Of a DNA stretch of 64,000 bases, positions 50,637 to 63,377 are shown one piece after another. The stretch's first letter is position 1. Each line of letters begins with the position of its first letter. Origin of the DNA: Saccostrea echinata (taxonomy: Eukaryota); the NCBI RefSeq assembly GCF_033153115.1, contig NW_026889794.1, positions 6,324,001-6,388,000 of the forward strand. Direction: 5' to 3'. The position numbers were made by a program, and so were the translations under genes. The notes below the pieces were generated by a model that ran no database searches, had not been told where the DNA came from, and saw only the letters and a program-made list of their open reading frames with translations.

Positions 50637-50804
50637 AGGGGCCAAAAAGGGGTCTTAGCCTATCTTGTCCTTTGCAATGTTGGCTTGAAGTAAAATGAAA
50701 CATTATTCTTCCTCGTGGACTTTACTTGTCAATAATAAGACATAAATTGCAAAAATAAATTTAGATAATTGATACATACAATTTGATCCCGGTTAAAAAG
50801 GAAC

Positions 50805-51264
50805 TTTTATAAGTCCCCTACCGGTGAAACCGGAGGGGACTATAGGTTTCCTCTGAGTCTGTCCGTCCGTCTGTCTGTCCCTCTGTCTGTCAGTCTGTCC
50901 CACTTGGTTTTCCGCACTTTTCTTCTAAACGCTTGCAGATATTGAGCTGATTTTTGGTATGTGAGTGTATCTTGATGAGTTAAAGATCAAGTTTGCATTT
51001 CGTTCCGCTTCAATGATTTTTGACGGAATTACGACCTTTTCAATTTTTCAGGGTTTTCCGTAATTTTTTTCTAAACGCCTGCAAATGTTGAGCTGATTTT
51101 TGGCATGTGACTTAACCTTGATGAGTTATAGATCAAGTTTGCATTTCGTCCCGCTTCTTTGGTTTTTGACGGAATTATGGCATTTTCAATTTTTAGTGGG
51201 AACCAGATTACACTTGCCGGTAGGGAACTAGTATTGCTAATGCAATACTCTCAGAATGCTTGTT
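50805..51264 (-). mobile_element. pearl/CvA-like HINE, family X copy 2
   Basis: Reverse complement of 44430-44920. Confidence 0.88.
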
Positions 51265-51413
51265 TTATTTTATTTATAGTATGAATATAGATTATATGTA
51301 TACTTTTTTTTATTGTTAACGATGTTCCATTAATTCATTGTCCTTATATTTCTTTTTGAAGAAAATACATGGTGATATTTTTTACTTAGTTATGATCTTT
51401 TCCTTTATTTCGT

Positions 51414-51451
<38 letters not shown>

Positions 51452-51569
51452 AACAAATACATCTCGCTTATCATAAGTGCTACGTGTACGACATGTTTTG
51501 TGAAACGTTCGTATGCGTTCACGTAAAATAATCGTAAACATAATCGTACGTTTATCTACGATTTGTTAG

Positions 51570-52538
51570 CAAAAATGGAACTCGTAAATATACTTACTTT
51601 GTCATTGGTCATTTGCAAAATTATTTTGTTAAAAACATACTGATTGTTCACACAAGTACTGTGAAGTTGATGTTAATAAGATGCTGGAGTTTCTGATTGA
51701 CAGTATCAGTGTAGTTTTTTGACATCAATCTGTTGTAAATCCCATGGGTACCAATTGCGCCCCTTTATTAACAGACTTATTTTTGTAATTATATGAAGCA
51801 TAATTTATGGGAAAAAACAACTTCTACATGAGAAGAAGAAAACGCTTGCTGTGGCCTTCAACTCGGAATTTATTGGGTATTACCTGTTAACAATAATTAC
51901 TTCCATTCATATTCGATTCGATATATCCCTGTGAACTTGAAATAAAATACACCACAGAGTCTGACACATCTGTTTCATACTTGGATATTTTACTAGAAAA
52001 GAATGCTAATGGTAATATAACAGCAAAACTTTATTATAAACGTGATGACTTCAACTTTTCTATCGTCATCTTCCCTTACTTATGTCAGCTGTTATATAGC
52101 AATATACCTTTATCACCTGCATATATGGGTTTATGTCTCCCAGTTGATTCGATACGCAAAAGCATGCTCTACGTACGATCAATTTTTAAAACGAGGCAAG
52201 CTATTAACCAACAAGTTGATGAAACAAGGATATCAACAGTCTCGTTTGAAGTCATCATTTCGTAAGTTCTATACAATTACAATCTATCATAAGGTCTAAT
52301 GCTGAATGACGTTTTTCATACTATAATTGTTAGGCCATTATTTACACACTGGAATTTTTACGGATTTTTCCATTTATACAATTATGACAAGGAGCATACT
52401 GTTGATGTGACCGGTCGACAGGGGATGCTTACTCCTGAAAGTCACCTGATCCCGCCTCTGATGTTTTTAGAGGTCCTTGTTTGCTCAGCTCCCGATTAGA
52501 CTTTGAGCTTGAATACTGTTCGTTATCTTCATATTTCA
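51570..52538 (+). pseudogene. Naiad-type PLE RT, 3' piece (continuation of 17100-17854)
   Basis: KNGTRKYTYFVIGH...MLEFLID...PMGTNCAPLL.DLFL...YP.ELEIK.TT...SYLDILL...KLY.KRDDFNFSIV...SQLIRYAKACS, followed by the conserved 3' motif. Confidence 0.85.
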
Positions 52539-52641
52539 TGAATCCATATGAATGCACACATAGTGTAATTTTGACACTTCGATATAAATAAAGAAATTAT
52601 TTTCTTCTAAATATGTCTAATAATAAAAAATCTTTTTGTAG

Positions 52642-52808
52642 AGGTTTTTCATTTTCATTGCCGACAACTTTAAATCGGAGAAAAGAAAATTGGTTCTTAA
52701 ATCAAATATCTTGTTACGGAAATGAAGATTCCTTGTTAAAATGCGCAAGATCTGTATCCACCAGCTGTTACAATGAGGCTGGAGTTCTGTGTTACCAAAC
52801 ATTGAATA
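52642..52808 (+). CDS. SRCR gene exon A3
   Basis: tgtag|...|gtgagt, 167 nt. Encodes NWFLNQISCYGNEDSLLKCARSVSTSCYNEAGVLC. Confidence 0.9.
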
Positions 52809-52896
52809 GTGAGTGTTGATATTGATTCACTTTAGAATTTTCATTTTCTCTTTTTAATCTATTTATCTGTTCATGTTGTCATCATTTGTTTTTCAG

Positions 52897-53038
52897 GTAC
52901 TGTTAGACTTGTCAATGGAAGCTTTCCTGATGAAGGACTAGTTGAGGTTTTAGTGAATAACCGATTTCGACCTGTGTGTACATTTTCTTGGGATAGAAAT
53001 GACGCGTCTGTTGCATGCAGAAGTCTAGGCTATTCGGG
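52897..53038 (+). CDS. SRCR gene exon B3
   Basis: ttcag|...GG|gtatat, 142 nt. Encodes VRLVNGSFPDEGLVEVLVNNRFRPVCTFSWDRNDASVACRSLGYS. Confidence 0.88.
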
Positions 53039-53492
53039 GTATATCTGGATTGTATTATCAAAATGTTTATTCTATTATGTTTATTGTAATATTTTAGATA
53101 AGAGGCTTTATTCTCTGAGAAAAAGAAGAAAACAGTTAGCCATGTCACGTATTTTGATTTGGAACTTTACGACATCGACTCCTTTCTACAGACCCTGAAA
53201 CGTTATACTTTCCTTTTTTTCCGTTCGATCACCGTTCGTTCACCGTTCGTTTGAAGCGTGCGTTCACCGTTCGTTCACCATGCGTTCAACGTTCGCTCTC
53301 CGTTCATCGTTTTGCGTTCAGCATTCACCGTGCGTTCGCGTTCACCGTTCGCTCTCCGTTCGTTCACTTTGTGTTCACCTTGCGTTCAGCGTTCACTTAT
53401 CTTCAGTCTTATCTTTAAGTGAAAGGACTTATCTTTTTTGTAAGTAAGAATTTACGGGTTTTGAAATTTGATAATTAACATATCGTGTTTAA

Positions 53493-54271
53493 AGGTGCTT
53501 GGACACAGATTTGAAGTTAATATTTTCTCAAATTTTCTGTATAATTTCATGACTTATATGTTGCTATAGCATTTCATACTAAAATATAATAAAAATGTTA
53601 TTTCATCTCGAAGTTATTAAAACTTCGAATTTCTGGACGCGTTGGATTGACACATCCTTGCGCTTTTACATATTTTAATTTTATTCTTAATACTTAAGAA
53701 AAGTGGCAATCTTGTTGTGTATTAATGAAAAATATTAAAACTATATCCCAGAAAATTCAGAGTAGAAATGTTCGAAAGCAAAACCCACTCACGGTATTGT
53801 CAGTCCGTGCTCAGTGATGTGTGCAGAGTTTAACAATTGAACACACCCGGTGAATCGTAAACATTAACAATAACAGAGCTCGTGCCCTGTTTACAAAAAC
53901 AGTTCACGTTTCACGGGTGTGTTCAATTTGTTAAACTCTGTACACATCACAGAGCACGGACTGACAATAGTGGTGAGTTGGTTTTGCTTTCGAACATTTC
54001 CACTCTAATTTTTCTGGATTATAGATGTAATATTTTTCATTAATACATAACAAAATCGCTTCTTTTCTTAAATATTAATGATAAAAATAAAATTTGTGTA
54101 AGTGCAAAGATTGTTAATCAAACGCGCCCCGGAATTCGTAGTTCCAATAATTTCCAGATAAAGTAAGTTTTTAATTATATTTTCGTGTGAAATGCTATTG
54201 CAATATATAAGACGTGATATTATACAGAAAATTTGAGAAAATATTAAGTTCAAATCTGTGTCTAAGCACCT
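53493..54271. mobile_element. Kolobok-like palindromic MITE
   Basis: TTAA|AGGTGCTTGGACACAGATTTGAA...TTCAAATCTGTGTCTAAGCACCT|TTAA. Most of the element is an imperfect palindrome. Confidence 0.85.
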
Positions 54272-54295
54272 TTAAAGGATCATTATTTCACGGGA

Positions 54296-54784
54296 AACAA
54301 GCATTCTGAGAGTATTGCATTAGCTATACTAGTCCCCTACCGGCAAGTGTAATCGTATTCCCGTTAAGAATTGAATATGCCACAATTCCGTCAAATATCA
54401 ATGAAGCGGAACGAAAAGCAAACTTGATCTATAACTTATCAAGGTAAAGACACATACCAAAAATCAGCTCAATATCTGCAAGTGTTTAGAAAAAAATTGC
54501 GGAAAATCCTGAAAAATTGAAAAGGTCGTAATTCCGTCAAAAATCATTGAAGCGGAACGAAATGCAAACTTGATCTTTAACTCATCAAGATACACTCACA
54601 TACCAAAAATCAGCTCAGTATCTGCAAGCGTTTAGAAGAAAAAAGCGTTAAAGCAAGTGGGACAGACTGACAGACAGAGGGACAGACAGACAGACGGACA
54701 GACAGCCGGACGGACAAACGGACGGACGGACAGACTCAGAGGAAACCTATAGTCCCCTCCGGTTTCACCGGAGGGGACTAAAAA
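54296..54784 (+). mobile_element. pearl/CvA-like HINE, family X copy 3
   Basis: Direct homolog of 44430-44920. Confidence 0.88.
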
Positions 54785-54803
54785 TATCTACAATATGGGG
54801 ACA

Positions 54804-55460
54804 ATAGGTTTCCTCTGAGTCTGTCCGTCCGTCCGTCTGTCTGTCTGTCCGTCTGTCCCTCTGTCTATCTGTCAGTCTGTCCCACTTGGTTTTTCACACT
54901 TTTTTCCTAAATGCTTGCAGATATTGAGCTGATTTTTGGTGTGTGAGTGCATTTTGATAGGTTCGCAGCACTTTTCACAAACTACAAAGAGTGTTGAAAA
55001 TAATTATATGTTAAACTTAGATTTTTAACTTGGTTATGCCCTTGCAATATTAGAATTTATAGATGACCTCAATACTTTGGGTATATTTGCTAAAATCACG
55101 TGACTGCCACATCACGTGACAAGTCTAAATAAGAAATCTAATCGTCCTCAACATGTAGTTTTCAACCACATTGCATTTGTCCGATAATAGTAAAGTCCTA
55201 AAAAGAAACGCCCATCCTTGTAAAGAATGTATTTTCTATCTAAAAAATTCGCCGATATTTCCATTTGGCAACTTAACTGTACTGCGATATTGAGCTGATT
55301 TTTGGTATGTGACTTAACCTTGATGAGTTATAGATCAAGTTTGTATTTCGTTCCGCTTCATTGAGTTTTGACGGAATTTTGGCATTTTCAATTCTTAACG
55401 GGAACCAGATTACACTTGCCGGTAGGGGACTAGTATTGCTAATGCAATACTCTCAGAATG
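54804..55460 (-). mobile_element. pearl/CvA-like HINE, family X copy 4, with both ends clipped and unrelated sequence at ~54960-55285
   Basis: Reverse-complement homology to copy 3. Confidence 0.8.
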
Positions 55461-55491
55461 GTACCTATGTAGAACGATGATGAAAAATTAA

Positions 55492-56475
55492 AGGATGACT
55501 GCACTTAACGCCTGTTTTTGGGTCCTTTTCGGTTGCTTCTGTTGCTTTTATAACTAAACCTAATTTCACTTTTGTATGTTTATGAAAGAATCCTGTCAAT
55601 TTGGAACCAAATTTAAATCTTAAAATGATTTTAGACTGTGATACAATGTAATGATTCAATGTTTTTTGTCCTTACTACTTCTAAATATAGTGATTTACAC
55701 TTACCTGAGCTTGATTGAACATTAGCTATGCATGAGAGGTGGAGCTAACATTGTAAGAATGGGTCTAAAATTAGACTTGATAAATAACAATGACATGTTT
55801 CAAAAAAAGAACGTGAACACTCTTTTCAATCTCCCTCTCCAATCTGTATGGCACAAATACACTTCTGACAAAGGTTTCAAAACGAAATTAACAATGTGAG
55901 CACGTCAATGTAATTAAAGCAGATTTTATATCAGTGCCAGATGACTTAACGTGTTCGAACACAATGTCCTAGTTAGCACAAAACATGCTACCTTACAAGT
56001 CACGTGACGGAATAAAGTATTCACAAAGTTACCTGAGGTAAGAAATCACGTGAATTATAATATTCAACATGTCACAATGCTTGGTTACAACACAGAGAGC
56101 GAATGTAAGAAGAAGCAGTTTTTTTTTCTCTTTTTAACAATGAGTGCATGTTTGTCTATTAATCTCCTTTTGACACATTATCATTTATGCAAATATACAA
56201 CTACTGTTAAAGTAGAACAATAGACAAACATGCGCTGACTATGTATAAAGTCAGTAAAAAAGTGGGCGTCCTCATTATCGAACGGAGATTCAAGAAATTG
56301 TGATGACCCCTGCCTTTGAAAATAGATTCGAACTTCGTAAATACACACTTTTATTAAACGTAATTACATAAAGTTGTAGACTGGATGTTGACCATTCTTG
56401 TAATGAAAAGAAAAATGCTTGTTTTGAAAGTTTATTTTGTCGCAAATTTCGCATGTCCTTAAGTGCAGTCTTCCT
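55492..56475. mobile_element. Kolobok-like non-autonomous element
   Basis: TTAA|AGGATGACTGCACTTAA ... TTAAGTGCAGTCTTCCT|TTAA. Confidence 0.75.
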
Positions 56476-58908
56476 TTAAATACGGGCGATATACGGATAC
56501 TTAGAGCACTGCAACGTTTTGTGGTTATATTAAAGACGACAAATCGTTAATGGAGAGATAATATAATAGATAATAAATCCATGATAAATAATAATCCATG
56601 TCAATTAATTTACCAACTGCAGCAAAATTACGAAAATATTTTTTTAACACGTTTTTTTTTTTCAATTACTATAGAAACACATATCAGAACTAGTTCTGAG
56701 AAATATAAATAGAATTGCGGATATCCGGTTAATCAAATATTTTTGGAGCGAATTTAAATTGATAGTATGGTTAAAAAAATATTTATTTAAATATAATACA
56801 CTACAATTTTTTTCTGCTTTACATATATAAAGTCTATTGCTAGAGAAAAAAAAATCCTTTCTTCACCCTAACTTTATATGTTTGCAATTCGATATGATTA
56901 TGACAATCCCCCCTTTCTACCTAAATTGTTACCTAGTATTTCAACTATATTGTGATTAATATTTAAAAAGAAGTTAATGCGTTTTGTACCACAAAAATTT
57001 CAGTCTCAAAACAAACATGCTTCTAAAAAAGTCATTAAACAATAGTAGTTCAAAATATACACGTGCCGAGACTTTCACACCTACACAGTGTCGAATGATT
57101 TTGATTGACAGGAGAAGCACGTGGACTTCGTGTGAACTTGTAGCAGGAAAATTAAAACCGATTATAACTGTCAAACAATAAAAAAGATTACTTTCACTGC
57201 CTGATATATTTAGAAAAAATTTAAGAATTTTTGTACATGCGTTTGGGAAAGGGGGGCTAAAACGGAATCTCTCTGTATCTCTTTCTCTCTATCTCTTTCT
57301 CTCTCTCAGTTGTCCGTTTAATCAAAACTATGACAGCATATTACTTAAATATCAAGTTCTGAAATTTTAATCTATAACAAATAATATGAATGCTTCTTTG
57401 TATCATCTTGTCCGTGTATAATCACCAGGAATTGTGTACAGATACATGTAGAAGTCTGCTTAAAAATCATCATAAAAAAGACAAGACACACAAATATATT
57501 ATTGCATTAGAATTTTAAGTTTCGAGCGTATTTTATGCAATACGTCCACAGACCTTTGTAAAACATTTTAAATTTTTTTCTCATTATTTTACACGGAATC
57601 ACTTTGGCACGGAAATACATATGTACATGTATGGTTGTTACAACCGATGTAATTCTTTCTCTGTCAGTAATTTCCTCTTCAAAATTATTTGTAATAGTTT
57701 TATATCAAATAAGAATAAACATATTTATTTTACAACTATAATAAAAATTTATCTTTTGAACTACAGCGTTCGGTAACAATTACAATGTTTACAACGATAA
57801 AAATCGTGTGATTAAACAGCTGAACATATGTGCAGAAAATATTGTAAAAAACTTAATTAATAGTTTTACATAATGTGCATGTTTCATCTTTCTTAGGACA
57901 ATTTTGAAATATTTTTTTCACCTGACATTAGAATACAATAGAATAGATACAATACAAGGAAAAGATCAGAGGCATTCCGAATAAATCGTTCATCTTGCGT
58001 TCACCGTTCGTTCACCGTTCACTTTGCGCTCGCGTTCTGCGTTCAGCTTTCACACATCGTTCACTCGCTGTTCGCTCTGTGTTCGCTCACCGTTCGCTCT
58101 GCGTTCGTTCAGCGTTCGTTCACCGTTCAAGTGGGAAAGTAGAACGTTTCAGGGACTGTATATAACTTTGCTTAGCAGATCTCATTTTCATTTCTTAACA
58201 AATCTATAAAATATGTCAAAATCATTTCTCTTTGCATAACTTTTTAAAGTATTCTTCACATCCATCTATCTCATTTTTCTTCCATAAATTATCTATTGAC
58301 TTTTCAAAACAATGTCCAGTTTTATTCCTTTCTGTTGTTGTAAATAGCCGAAAACAGTTCAAGTTTAATTTTTATTCTGTAGTCTCTAGTAGTAATTTGT
58401 CTTAAATGGAGTAATATATTTTTTTCTCCAGAATTAATGTTAAAGAGCTTTTCGGATAGGAAATTTGTTACATTTCAAAGTTCAGAGTTTGAAGAACAAT
58501 ATGTATGGTTATTTGATTTTTATTAGATGCAAAATTTGTTTTTACTGGTTTTTAAAAAAAATATTTCATTAAGAATTAAAATTTTAAATGAGTTAAGCGC
58601 TGAATTTAGACAAAATATATCTAAAGATATTACTTTTGATTCATCTAATGTATTGTCGATTGTTAATTTTTTTTCCCGAATATATTTCAACATATCCAGT
58701 AATTCCAGGAAAAAAGTTTCAAAACTAGTCTGTGATCATGAATATGACGTCTTTGTTCATTAATTAATCAAAATTGTATTTCTGTTCTAAGAGTTCTAGA
58801 GATAATTTAATATGGATCCAGATGAATATGTATTTTTGACACTTCGATATAAATAAAGGAATAATTTTTTTCTATAAAAGTCTAATAATAAGAAAAAACT
58901 TTTTGTAG

Positions 58909-59075
58909 AGGTTTTCCTGTTTCGTTGCCGACAACTGTAAATCGAAGAAAAGAAAATTTGTTTTTGGAATATATGAATTGTAACGGCAATGAAGATTCCT
59001 TATTTAAATGTGCAAATACTGTATCCACCGATTGCTACAATGAGGCTGGAGTTATGTGTTACCAAACATTGAATA
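58909..59075 (+). CDS. SRCR gene exon A4
   Basis: tgtag|...|gtgagt, 167 nt. Encodes NLFLEYMNCNGNEDSLFKCANTVSTDCYNEAGVMC. Confidence 0.9.
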
Positions 59076-59156
59076 GTGAGTATTCAGATTTATTCACTCT
59101 TGCATTAATATTTTGTTTTTCTGAATCTATTCACGTTATCATCATTTGTATTCTAG

Positions 59157-59298
59157 GTACAGTTAGAACTGTCAATGGTAGTTCTCCAGATGAGGGACTA
59201 GTAGAGGTTCTGGTCAATGACCAATGGCGACGTGTATGCAGTAATGATTGGGGCAAATCTGACGCTAGTGTGGCATGCAGAGATCTTGGATATTCTGG
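59157..59298 (+). CDS. SRCR gene exon B4
   Basis: tctag|...GG|gtaatt, 142 nt. Encodes VRTVNGSSPDEGLVEVLVNDQWRRVCSNDWGKSDASVACRDLGYS. Confidence 0.9.
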
Positions 59299-59806
59299 GT
59301 AATTTCTGATTTTGCAAACGATTGTTTTATAAGTAATTTGATTTTAAATATAACATTGGATGCTCATACTTGGCACAATAATTGACCATGATATGTAGAT
59401 ATCTTGGCCAAACCTAAGGTCACTGGGGAATGTTCGAGATAAATTGCCAAAAAGGAGGTAATTAATGGAGAAACACAAACAGCTCATTCTTGACACAAAG
59501 TTTTACATGAACTGAGTGTACCATGTCCTTGATACAATGCCATTAGACAGATTCAAAGTCTCTAACAGAAAAATTGCATGTCATGTCTGATCCACAACTT
59601 CATATTAAAAAGATATTAGAAGATGATAGATGACAAAAGAATTATTTTCACTTCAAAGTGTGGCATGACCTTGAAAATGACCCAAAGGCAATGTCAAGGT
59701 CTCTGGCAGAAAAATGTTTATCTTGTCCAGAACTTGGACACATTGAAAGGCCATACTTCAAATTCAGGTGACCTATTGCTATCCATTATCGTCCGTCGTC
59801 GTGCAG

Positions 59807-60000
59807 TGAATAAAAAAGGCGAAGATAACGAACAGTGATCGATCTCAAAAAATCTATAAACATCACAAATATTTGAAGAGGGCATAAAACAAGGACCCCT
59901 GGAAACTCCAGAGGTGGAGTCAGGTGTCTTGCAGGAGTAAGCATCCCCTGTTTACCGGTCACACCCGCCTTGAGCCCTTGATGTATAGATCAGGTGAACA
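59807..60000 (-). mobile_element. Short PLE 3' fragment within a degraded HINE
   Basis: AGAGGTGGAGTCAGGTG...GGAGTAAGCATCCCCTGTTTACCGGTCACACCCGCC is the reverse complement of the PLE 3' motif. It is flanked by a HINE-type TCAGGTGACCTATTGCTAT...GTCCGTCGTCGT. Confidence 0.7.
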
Positions 60001-60313
60001 TTTGAACATCATCATTATCTACTGTGGAACCGCTGAACCAATTTAGACCTATTCAACCAACCAATCTACAGCAAAGGAGAACAGAAATTGTAAATTTCAA
60101 TGGTCTCTGCCTCATAGGGTCTTACGCAGAAGAATGAAGATTTCCAAAGAATTAATGCATTTTCGCTAAATGATGATCTATGAAACCCCGTCCTAACACC
60201 AGAACATCTGACGCAGGAGCCATAATTTTCACAATTTGGAGGAATCACTCTTGCTCAGCATATATATGTATCTACTTTTATGTGGAACTGAATTTCCAAC
60301 TTTGTTTTCTGCA

Positions 60314-60327
60314 TTTTTTTAGCTCAA

Positions 60328-60360
<33 letters not shown>

Positions 60361-60890
60361 GAAATTTTTCCGTTGTCTGTCGTCGTCGTTGTCGTTGTAA
60401 ACATTTCATGTTTTCATCTTCTTCTCAAGAACCACAAGGCCAATTTCAACCAAACTTGCCACAAAGTATCCTTGGGTAAAGGGGATTCAAGTTTTTTCAA
60501 ATGAAGGGCCATGCCTTCTTCCAAGGGGAGATAATTATGAATTCGTTGAAAAACTAATGGCATCCTTTTAAAATCTTCTTCTTAAGAACCACTGTGCTTG
60601 AAAGTATGAAACTAATGTGAAATCATTGTGAGGTAGTGTAGATTCAAGTTTCTTCAAATCATAGTCCCCGGGGTTAGGGTGGGGCCACAATGGGCGATCA
60701 AAGTTTTACATAGGAATACATAGGAAAAAATCTCCAAAAATGTTCTTCTTCAGAACAAGAAAGCCATGATTGGTGATTTTTATATGCAAGCATCCTCAGG
60801 TGGTGTAGATTCAAGTTAGTTCAAATCATGACCCCTGGGGGTAGGGTGGGGTCACAATGGGGGGATCAACGTTTTACATAGGAAAAATCA
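60314..60890 (-). mobile_element. HINE with Cg170-like repeats
   Basis: TTTTTTAGCTCAACTGAGCCGAAGGCTCAAGTGAGC hairpin, (GTC)n, and repeats TAGATTCAAGTT...TCAAATCAT...CCCC.GGGG.AGGGTGGGG. Confidence 0.75.
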
Positions 60891-61081
60891 GCAACAGCCA
60901 TTTTGTGTCATATTAATTCAAAAGCATCCCCCCTGAACCACACTTATATTTAAACTTTTCAAGACTGAAATGATTTTTAACGGATTGAACCACATTTCTC
61001 ACTTGGTTTTCTGCACCTGTTTTTCTAACTGATTTCAGCTGATTTATTGTATGTTGTACCTTGAAGGGTTGCAGTTTGAAT

Positions 61082-61233
61082 AGGTGTAACCGGTCGGCAG
61101 GGGATGCTCACTCCTCCATGGTACCTCATCCCACCTCTTCTGTTTTAGAGATCTGTGTTTGCTCTGCTCCTGATTTGTATTGTTTGAATGGACTTTTGAG
61201 CTTGAATACTGTTTGTTATCTCCATATTTTTCA
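61082..61233 (+). mobile_element. Short PLE 3' fragment
   Basis: Homologous to 35060-35212. Confidence 0.75.
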
Positions 61234-61607
61234 TTAATTAAAATTATAACTTTTATAACATTTTATAATATGCAAAGATTTGATCAAGAAGTTACTCTTA
61301 CAGAAACACATAAGTCACGAATGGCAAAAACAAAATAAAGCTTTCTGGTCCAAAGTATTTGTAGCGGTTTTTCTATGCAAGTGAAAAAATGAGACATCCT
61401 AAAAGAAACAGACAAAGAAATCGTAGTTGATGATATATGATTGTATCTTCTAATGCAATTTATTTCTTTTCTTTCTTTCTTTATCTATTAATTTATTTTT
61501 TTTTACACTATTTAACTTTGATTTGAATAAAAAAATACTCATGTTACATATACAAGTGTCCAATTTTGTATGAATCTTTTCTAAAATGTTATTCATACAA
61601 GTTATGA

Positions 61608-62203
61608 AATGAAATATGAAAATAAGGAAGAGTAATCAAGCTCTAATGTCCATTGAAACAATCCAAATTTTGGAGCAGAGCAAACACAGATCTCTAAAAA
61701 CATCAGAGGTGAGATTAAATGCCATGGAGGAGTAAGCATCCCTTGCCGACCGGTCACATCCGCCGTGTGCTGTGTCATGATCAGGCAAACGGAAAAATCC
61801 GTAGATTAATCAGTGTGAAAACAATGGCCTAACAATTTGTATGAAAAACATCAGTCAACATTTGACTTAATGATACATTGTAGAGTGTAGAGATTATTTG
61901 ATATCCTTGCAACATCAACTTATTTGTCAAAACCTGTCTCTTTACAATAATTGATCGTATACGTAGAACATGCTCTTGCGTATCTAATCAACCGGGAAAA
62001 ATACCCTCCCCCTTTTGTAGGTGATAAAGATATACTGCTACCTAAATAAGGGAAGTTGGACATAGCAAAATATTAACGTCATCTCTTTTGTCATAAAGTT
62101 TTGTTTTTAGGTTACCATTAACGTCTTTTTCTAGTAAAATATCCAAATTTGAAATAGATGTGTTAGACTCTGTGGAATCTTTTATTTCGAGTTCAAAGGG
62201 ATA
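61608..62203 (-). pseudogene. Naiad-type PLE 3' fragment, degraded
   Basis: Reverse complement of the sequence type at 51920-52538 (YP.ELEIKDSTE...LDILLEKDVNGNL.TKL...LIRYARACSTYDQ). Confidence 0.8.
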
Positions 62204-63377
62204 CTGTCCAAGTACTATTTTCCGCGTAGAATTAATTTACGCTATCTATGAGGTCACAAATTTTCTGTGGAAATTTGTCCCAGCGTACTTGAAGAACATT
62301 TAAGGCATATAGTGGTAATCTAGTGAAAAAATATTAACGATAAATACATGAGGCCAGTGAGACGACGGTGTATATACACAATCGATCTAGGTGCCACTTG
62401 GAGTCAGTGGCGGGGTCTAACCTCAAAGGAAGACAATGTAGTAGCTAGGTTTGTACAGGTATGTCATCCTCATCCCTACATGTAACGGAAATAATAGGGA
62501 GAAAGAGAGAGAGAAACTCCATTCAGCTCTCTCCTGAATAACAGCAAATATTACATCACATGTAACATAACATTTCTGTAACATTCCCAGCAATTTGTTT
62601 TCTTTCAATTTTGCAACGTTATTATTAAAGGTCGTGTTGTTAAGTCCGAAAGCGATTTTTCATTCTTGCAATCTAATGAGCAAAGAGCTACTCACAGGCT
62701 TCTAGGAAGCAATTTCAGGTGGGGGGAATTCAACAGAAATAAAAAAAAAATACCACCAAAAATGTGTCACTAGGCATTATCATTAAGGGAGCTCAACGAA
62801 AATGAGCTTTGTTTTCTATAATACATGTAGTATCTGTTACCAGAATTATTGACGAGGAAGCCCCCAACCTTGTTTCCTTCCGGCCTGGATCAGGTTCCTT
62901 TAAATTGATAAAAAAAAAAATATTTATTTCAGAGATTGAATGTTGAACATGAAGTATTTTCAATTTAATATCATTTTGATTTCAGTTTTTTATTGTGTTA
63001 AAATGAAATTCTGAAGTTTTTAACAGGAGGAATTGAGATAATAAATGTAATTCTGTTGAAAGGAAATAATACTCATGTGCTGTAATTTCCTTTCAATAAA
63101 TATTAGATGAAACATAGAAGTGAGTAAAGCCGTACGCGTACCCGAATCAATGACAATGAATACTACTAATTTTGCATCAACCTTTTTATTACACTTTTCC
63201 CGTTTTATATATTTTATATAACTTTTGAAAAGGAAACTGCAAAAGTTGATTTGAACAGAACAAGAACATATGTTTAGTTGTACAGATTGATCCATTATGA
63301 ATGAATATTTTCCCCTGAATTGTAGATTCATTTATTCCAAATTCATGAAATAATATAACAATTAAATATATCCTTAG

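Larger units (their letters stand above)
17855..51569. mobile_element. Possible old end-truncated TIR element forming the outer shell of the nested block
   Basis: The block exactly separates two consecutive parts of the PLE RT. Both ends are CGTA-rich and share an inverted motif (CGAACGTTTCAC at 17855, GTGAAACGTTCG at ~51500). No TSD is visible. Confidence 0.4.
53189..58158. mobile_element. Second TA-TSD TIR element (CAGACCCTGAAACGT termini) with nested insertions
   Basis: TA|CAGACCCTGAAACGTTATACTTTCC ... GGAAAGTAGAACGTTTCAGGGACTG|TA. CGTTCACC-type arrays at 53220-53400 and 57985-58130. The flanks rejoin into the paralogous SRCR intron sequence. Confidence 0.87.
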
